From the IMG/VR virus record IMGVR_UViG_3300046370_000342, positions 1 through 32,712 of that record: a DNA stretch of 32,712 bases, one strand, 5' to 3'. Within the stretch, counting starts at the first letter, position 1, and each line of letters starts with the position of its first letter. Positions 27,996 through 32,712 of this stretch are shown here, in pieces. The stretch is from a virus (Duplodnaviria; Caudoviricetes). The notes under the pieces were generated by a model that saw nothing but the letters and a program-made list of their open reading frames with translations, ran no database searches and was not told the origin of the DNA. The position numbers were made by a program, and so were the translations under genes.

Positions 27996-30209
27996 TTATT
28001 TTATTATCCTTGAAAAACTTCCTTCATTACTAAATCTAGAAATAGTCAAGTTCAATTTAGTTTTCTCTTTTCTATGCACAGGCACGTACAAATGTCTATT
28101 GCAAGCCATTATTGCTAATCCGCTACTAATAGAAGCATCGTGCTTTGTTCTTTTGTTTATATCAAATCTAGCCCAGTCGTTTAACGTTTCATTAAAATAC
28201 ATTGCTCCATATTCTCCGTCACCAACTTGACCAACATGATCATTTATATACATTTCAATAGCAGCTGCGTGAGCTTGCTTAATATCTTCGCTAGAGTTTG
28301 GTATACCACCGATTTCTTTTTCTGCTTTCGATAAATTATTCCAAACTTTATCTGGTCTATTCATACTAAAACCTCTATATCCTCTTCTTTTAAAATGGTA
28401 TAATAGTCTTGGTTTATTGTTTTCACATAATAGCGGCATACCATAAAACACGCAAGCCATTAACACATCTTCAAAAAACATTTCAGCGGTTTGTGGTCTA
28501 GCTATATATTCTAAAAAAAATGTATTAGCTGGAGCTGACTCCATACTAAACTTAGTTAGTCCATGAAGAGATCCGTTGGATCCTCTACCATCAACAGTAC
28601 CGCTAATATCATAACTATCGCAGCCAAAAGCGCCCATGTGCTCATTTCCAGCGTATTTTATTCCATTTTTAAGTATTACTCGGTTTTGTAAATTTCTATC
28701 TGGAACCCAGCTAACTTTAAACCTTCCGTTAGGATCAGGATTAAATACCACTTGCGTATCTTTAATGCCGTTTAACCATTGGAAGCTTCCTGTAGTAACA
28801 ACAGAAGAGTTTCTATTACCCTCGTTGTAGTCTATCTGCTCGTATATTTTGCTTAAATTAAACAAACTATTTTTAGTTTCATCTCTAAAAGCGTGCTCTT
28901 CAGTTCTTGGAAACTGACGGTAAAATTCATTTAACGCGTCTTGATCTCCTTTTAACCCATCAACTTCATTGTTCCAATGATCTATAACACCAACGTCTAT
29001 TAATTCACCGTCTGGTCCATAAACATCGGCTCTTGGAGTAGTGAAGACAGGTCGTCCATGCTCGTCAATAAATCCTTCAAAGTTCCATTCCATTGGAATA
29101 AACAAAGCATATAAACCAGATTTTGTTTGGCCATTTCTATTTCTACTTTTGACATTGCTGTCGTTATATAATTTTTTAAAATTGTCACCGCCTTTATCAA
29201 GAGCGTTACTTGTTGAGCCCATCATACACTTACCTATAATCCTGCTACCAAGACGTAAACAAGTTTTTGTTACTCGCCAGTTGTTCAGAATATTATCAGG
29301 CCTTTCCCACTTACCGCTCTCATCGTGTACTAATAAGTTTAGTTTTTCACCATCATAGCTATTGTCTCCAGTGTTTTTCCAATCAATAGTAGTATCTAGA
29401 CCTTCTAGTTCCTCAAGCTTTTCGTTAGAAGTTATTTTACGTCTTGTGAATTTACTTGCAGGCACACGGTAAGCTAACTCAGATTTTGGTCTATCCATAC
29501 CGTCCTGTATAGGCTTAAAAAAGAAAGGATAGTTGATAGATATTGGCACAACTTTATCAGTGAACATTTTCTTAGCATCTGCTCCTGACTTTGATAATAT
29601 ACCAAATCTACTATCGCTAGATATTGTTGCTTGATTAACTGTTTCTGCGCTACTCATAAACGAAAAACCAGAACGTCTGTTTTTTAAATAACACATACCG
29701 TAGCATCTTGTATCAGCTTTACAAGCTTCCCAAAATATATAAAATAATCTATTAGCCTCTCTAAAGTCTGGAGCACCAACATCTATTTTGCTCCACTGGA
29801 GGTACATGTAGTGAGTTCCTGTAATATAAGTTGGAACACCAGCATTTTGAAACCAAAAACCTTCGTCTCTTCTTTTAAACTCCTCATCTATATAATCGTA
29901 CCATTGATCTTTTTGTTCCTCTGGATATGCTCTCCAGTCGAATATATTTTTTAGCTTACTCAAAGCTTTTGGCTGGTCAATACGTTGCCATTTATCTTTA
30001 TCGTTGCTATACACATTTTTCGGTACAGCAGGCAAAGCTACTTTTAAGCCTTGTATATCATAGACCTCTCCAATACGGCCAGTCTTAGAAATAACTACAA
30101 CATCGTTTTCTTTGTTATAGCCATACTTCCATTTTTTAGCCTTATTAAGCCTTTTTATGGTATTAACTTTAATAGGCTCAATTATTTTATATAAGCTTTG
30201 CTCGTACAA
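27996..30209 (-). CDS. terL: Terminase large subunit
   Basis: 737 aa with Walker A-like LKNRRSGFS, Walker B LLVHDESGK, motif III GSTS, RNase H-type nuclease FGCDSYD and a late HDAS acidic residue; TTG start. Confidence 0.93.
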   Translation of the reverse strand: MYEQSLYKIIEPIKVNTIKRLNKAKKWKYGYNKENDVVVISKTGRIGEVYDIQGLKVALPAVPKNVYSNDKDKWQRIDQPKALSKLKNIFDWRAYPEEQKDQWYDYIDEEFKRRDEGFWFQNAGVPTYITGTHYMYLQWSKIDVGAPDFREANRLFYIFWEACKADTRCYGMCYLKNRRSGFSFMSSAETVNQATISSDSRFGILSKSGADAKKMFTDKVVPISINYPFFFKPIQDGMDRPKSELAYRVPASKFTRRKITSNEKLEELEGLDTTIDWKNTGDNSYDGEKLNLLVHDESGKWERPDNILNNWRVTKTCLRLGSRIIGKCMMGSTSNALDKGGDNFKKLYNDSNVKSRNRNGQTKSGLYALFIPMEWNFEGFIDEHGRPVFTTPRADVYGPDGELIDVGVIDHWNNEVDGLKGDQDALNEFYRQFPRTEEHAFRDETKNSLFNLSKIYEQIDYNEGNRNSSVVTTGSFQWLNGIKDTQVVFNPDPNGRFKVSWVPDRNLQNRVILKNGIKYAGNEHMGAFGCDSYDISGTVDGRGSNGSLHGLTKFSMESAPANTFFLEYIARPQTAEMFFEDVLMACVFYGMPLLCENNKPRLLYHFKRRGYRGFSMNRPDKVWNNLSKAEKEIGGIPNSSEDIKQAHAAAIEMYINDHVGQVGDGEYGAMYFNETLNDWARFDINKRTKHDASISSGLAIMACNRHLYVPVHRKEKTKLNLTISRFSNEGSFSRIIK

Positions 30210-30210
30210 A

Positions 30211-30972
30211 TTATTTATATTTAACGCTTTGATCGACTAGTATTAATCCAAAGTTAGAGAATACACCAGTGTCATTTCCACTAACCTCAATTGCATTAAC
30301 GTATATATCTGTTTTTTCTTCTACAGCCAAAGGCAAAGTGTATTTCTTGTTGTATGTAGCTGTAGAATTAGAATCTAAAGCTATTTCTTGCTGAAGTCTA
30401 ATTATACCATTTTTTCTAAAATATAATCCAATAGATGCTTGTCTTGAGAAAAACGTTCTGACTATAGCTCCAGAAAGGTTTGTTATATAAGCTTTGTGAT
30501 TAGCTGGAACAGTGTATACAGCCATTTGAGTTTGACCAACTGTTGCTGGTATCTGCGCAAAGACTAACGATCGATCTGTTGGCTCTATAAGTATAGTTCC
30601 TACGTTAGCTTCTTCAGTTCCAGCTTCCGTCACAAAAGCCCTAAACACCCTAAGAAAATATTTATTGCTAACTGACTGTCCAGTGCCTCTTAAACCGATC
30701 TCTTCTTCAATCAAATTGTAGTCTCTGTCTACTCCAAATACTTTAATTTTTGAAGCTCCTTGACCACTTGGATTATCGCTGCCGCTTGAGCTACTCACTA
30801 AAATACGATCTGCCGATGAAGCGAAAACATATTTACCACCAGCGCTCCATATAGTCTCTGGGTCTGTACCTGTATCAATATCTAAGTTAAAGCCAAACTT
30901 ATTTACAGCGGTGTGCTTAGGAACTAAACCTTTAGACACTTCTGTGTAAAAATCAAAAAAATGATTATTCAT
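30211..30972 (-). CDS. Beta-rich hypothetical protein (probable virion-associated), lying between the putative TerS and TerL
   Basis: 253 aa; VNKFGFNLDID...ETIW, GASKIKVFGVD, FLRVFRAFV, GQTQMAVYTVPA. I recall this pattern from unrelated aquatic phages; function not established. Confidence 0.7.
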   Translation of the reverse strand: MNNHFFDFYTEVSKGLVPKHTAVNKFGFNLDIDTGTDPETIWSAGGKYVFASSADRILVSSSSGSDNPSGQGASKIKVFGVDRDYNLIEEEIGLRGTGQSVSNKYFLRVFRAFVTEAGTEEANVGTILIEPTDRSLVFAQIPATVGQTQMAVYTVPANHKAYITNLSGAIVRTFFSRQASIGLYFRKNGIIRLQQEIALDSNSTATYNKKYTLPLAVEEKTDIYVNAIEVSGNDTGVFSNFGLILVDQSVKYK

Positions 30973-30977
30973 AACTT

Positions 30978-31259
30978 TTATTTTTTAGATCTACCTTCAG
31001 CAAATCCTTTAAACACTCTTTCTTTTTTCTCTTCAGGCTCTTTGCCTTCTAATATATTCTCTTCTTCTTGTATACGGTTAAGTATTTCAAAGGCATCGAA
31101 TATAGCTAGCTTTTTTGTAGCTGCAGCATTTTTTAATCTATCTGCAGATACATCATCTTCACTGTGAGTAATAATCTGCTCTTGAGCTACTTTAATTAAC
31201 TCTTCAACAGCCTTATGCCCAGCTTGGATTATACTCTTCTTCGTCTCCTTGATATTCAT
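30978..31259 (-). CDS. Putative terminase small subunit
   Basis: 93 aa, helical (ADRLKNAAATKKLAIFDAFEILNRI...FKGFAEGRSKK), upstream of TerL. The ATG at 31259 with an AT-rich leader is preferred over 31304. The function is a positional inference. Confidence 0.55.
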   Translation of the reverse strand: MNIKETKKSIIQAGHKAVEELIKVAQEQIITHSEDDVSADRLKNAAATKKLAIFDAFEILNRIQEEENILEGKEPEEKKERVFKGFAEGRSKK

Positions 31260-31818
31260 ATTTAATTGTAATAAAACTAGACATAACTCTATACATTCTC
31301 TCACCGTCTATAACAAACTCGTATTCGCTGTTAGGTCTAAAACCTACTAAATCACCAACGTCTACAGATCCATCTGTATATTTAACTATACCAACAAGTG
31401 GCTTTTCTTTTTCAGTAGAAAACTTATCGGTTGACTTTATGGGCTTTATAAAACAATAACCTTTTAAAGCTTTCCATTTAGATTCTTTAAATCTACTCCA
31501 AGCGCTAGATCTTTTGTAAGCAAATATTTGATCGTGCTTTATAAAATATTGATCTTCCTTGTAATAGCTTCTACTGTTTTTTTCTACGCCTCTAATGTCG
31601 TGCCATCTTCTAAAAACGTTGTGATGCGTAATTATAATATCACCAACTTTTACTTCAGTATTAATACTTTTAGGAACAGACAGTACAACAGCTTTTCTGT
31701 TTACAAACTCATGGTTAAACACTTCAGCGTTTAATATTAGCTCTTTACCTTCTACGCTAGTTTTATTGTTATAGCGGTCACCTAAAGGCTTTATAATGTA
31801 GTCGTACAAACCTTGCAT
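31213..31818 (-). CDS. Co-chaperonin GroES (Cpn10)-like protein with two tandem domains
   Basis: Unit 1: IIKPLGDRY...KAVVLSVP...EVKVGDIII. Unit 2: KALKGYCFIKP...GIVKY..VDVGDLVGF...EFVIDGERMYRV. Both match the GroES pattern KPLGDRV..VKVGD.V...EV..DGE.Y. Confidence 0.75.
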   Translation of the reverse strand: MQGLYDYIIKPLGDRYNNKTSVEGKELILNAEVFNHEFVNRKAVVLSVPKSINTEVKVGDIIITHHNVFRRWHDIRGVEKNSRSYYKEDQYFIKHDQIFAYKRSSAWSRFKESKWKALKGYCFIKPIKSTDKFSTEKEKPLVGIVKYTDGSVDVGDLVGFRPNSEYEFVIDGERMYRVMSSFITIKYEYQGDEEEYNPSWA

Positions 31819-32039
31819 TAATACTCGAGATTATACTCAATAGATATAGCCATGTTTTTATTAAAGTCTTTCCAAGGCAATACGCTTTTACCTTTTCTTA
31901 TATATATAGAATACTTATCTTCTTCTTCTACTATATCGCATATAGTATGACCACCATACACTTCCTGATTAACAGAATAGTGCATGGCGTCAATTTTATA
32001 ATCTTTACCTATTGTAATTTTACGAATTAGCTTGCTCAT
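31818..32039 (-). CDS. Hypothetical protein
   Basis: 73 aa, TAATG-coupled to the GroES-like gene; LIRKITIGKDYK.DAMHYSV.QEVYGGH. Confidence 0.75.
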   Translation of the reverse strand: MSKLIRKITIGKDYKIDAMHYSVNQEVYGGHTICDIVEEEDKYSIYIRKGKSVLPWKDFNKNMAISIEYNLEY

Positions 32040-32292
32040 CTTCTGGGTAGTTTATTGCTCCAGTGTTAATGTCTACATCCATTTTACCGTACTCTTCTTC
32101 AAGCTTGGTGTTTATGTCACTCATAGCCTTGTTAATTACGTCTAATTCGTGAAGTAGCATATGCTTTCTAGCTTCAGCGTTACCTATCTCTAACTTGATC
32201 TGGTTAGATGTTGAGATTACTTGCTGAACCTCCTTTAGCTGTTCGTCTGTGATTTTTTCTGGCTTAGCAGCCAAGTCGATTGATTTTCCCAT
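32020..32292 (-). CDS. Hypothetical coiled-coil protein
   Basis: 90 aa with an AT-rich leader; LEEEYGKMDVDINTG. Confidence 0.75.
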   Translation of the reverse strand: MGKSIDLAAKPEKITDEQLKEVQQVISTSNQIKLEIGNAEARKHMLLHELDVINKAMSDINTKLEEEYGKMDVDINTGAINYPEDEQANS

Positions 32293-32317
32293 TTTAATTT
32301 AATTTAATTAATAATTG

Positions 32318-32674
32318 TTATACTTTCATGTCCGCATAGGACAATCCTAAGAAGCTATGAACGCCTTCGCCATCAATATCTACCTTGTAACTATCCCAAG
32401 CATCGTGGTCGCCATCTAAATCACCATCTTCATTGATAGTTAGATCTTTCCACAATACATCTACGTGATATTTGTCAGATAGTACTGGAGCTGTAAGTTC
32501 ATTACCTTCCTCATCATAATCACCTGGTGTGATTACAATATTACCTAATTCAACGATACAATGCTTATGAGTTGGGTATGTATTGCCATCTTCATCTGTA
32601 GCAGTGCCTAATGCAGCTATTTTACTTTTAGCTGTAGATTCGTTTGTAAATTCGTATTTTCCTATTTTATTCAT
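32318..32674 (-). CDS. Acidic hypothetical protein, possibly a fibre-associated/assembly protein
   Basis: 118 aa; ITPGDYDEEGNELTAPVLSDKYHVDVLW; starts 2 nt after the upstream stop. Confidence 0.7.
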   Translation of the reverse strand: MNKIGKYEFTNESTAKSKIAALGTATDEDGNTYPTHKHCIVELGNIVITPGDYDEEGNELTAPVLSDKYHVDVLWKDLTINEDGDLDGDHDAWDSYKVDIDGEGVHSFLGLSYADMKV

Positions 32675-32676
32675 AA

Positions 32677-32712
32677 TTAACTTGTTAACTCATCTAATTG
32701 AGTGGTGTTAAA
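32677..32712 (-). CDS. 3' end of an upstream gene (partial)
   Basis: Reads FNTTQLDELTS-stop. The L..LTS ending resembles the C-terminus of LamG/ConA-like phage fibre proteins, but only 11 codons are visible. Confidence 0.45.
   Translation of the reverse strand, partial: FNTTQLDELTS

Noticed and set aside
2466-29200. Short alternative-frame minus-strand ORFs (2466-2705, 17638-17829, 22672-22869, 23614-23799, 29000-29200)
   Set aside because: They are nested in or overlap better-supported genes, show no recognisable motifs, and 22672-22869 starts across the terminator.
27996-30209. Intein or intron in terminase (also considered for portal and capsid)
   Set aside because: The ORFs are uninterrupted and of ordinary length, with no intein splice motifs or LAGLIDADG/HNH inserts seen.
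519-31734. All plus-strand ORFs in the track (e.g. 9756-10310, 4863-5285, 2383-2718, 29041-29358)
   Set aside because: They lie antisense to long, motif-bearing minus-strand genes and have the Ser/Leu/Phe-rich composition expected of shadow frames.
1-32712. Stop-codon reassignment as in some crAss-like phages
   Set aside because: Genes are full length and tightly packed in the standard code, and TAG (21936) and TGA (2886) both appear to serve as real stops.

Overview
This window is the virion morphogenesis region of an AT-rich tailed phage. It is most likely an aquatic Bacteroidota (Flavobacteria-type) podophage with a Crassvirales-like structural module; this is inferred from gene order, protein motifs and AT-rich, Shine-Dalgarno-less starts. 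All credible genes lie on the minus strand in the standard genetic code. Read right to left they are: the end of an upstream gene, three small hypotheticals, a tandem GroES-like protein, putative TerS, an inserted 253-aa gene, TerL, portal, scaffold, major capsid, a terminator, a 291-aa conserved protein, two tail ring/adaptor proteins, a 2361-aa tail muzzle/stabilisation protein, a 117-aa protein, three putative ejection (cargo) proteins of 185, 477 and 2414 aa, a small lysis-like cassette, and a repeat-rich tail fibre that runs off the left edge and is missing from the ORF track. The most notable object is the 2414-aa putative ejection protein. I see no virion RNA polymerase motif in it. Instead it strings together a HExxH zincin, a sigma-70 region-2-like segment, a PD-(D/E)xK nuclease-like module, a complete HAD phosphatase and a C-terminal Cys3His finger, with repeated 'IxFS' linkers bracketing the nuclease/HAD block. 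An exact 12-bp intergenic motif (TGTAATTATAAA) flanks the cargo gene block. All family assignments come from motif recognition by eye; no searches were run.
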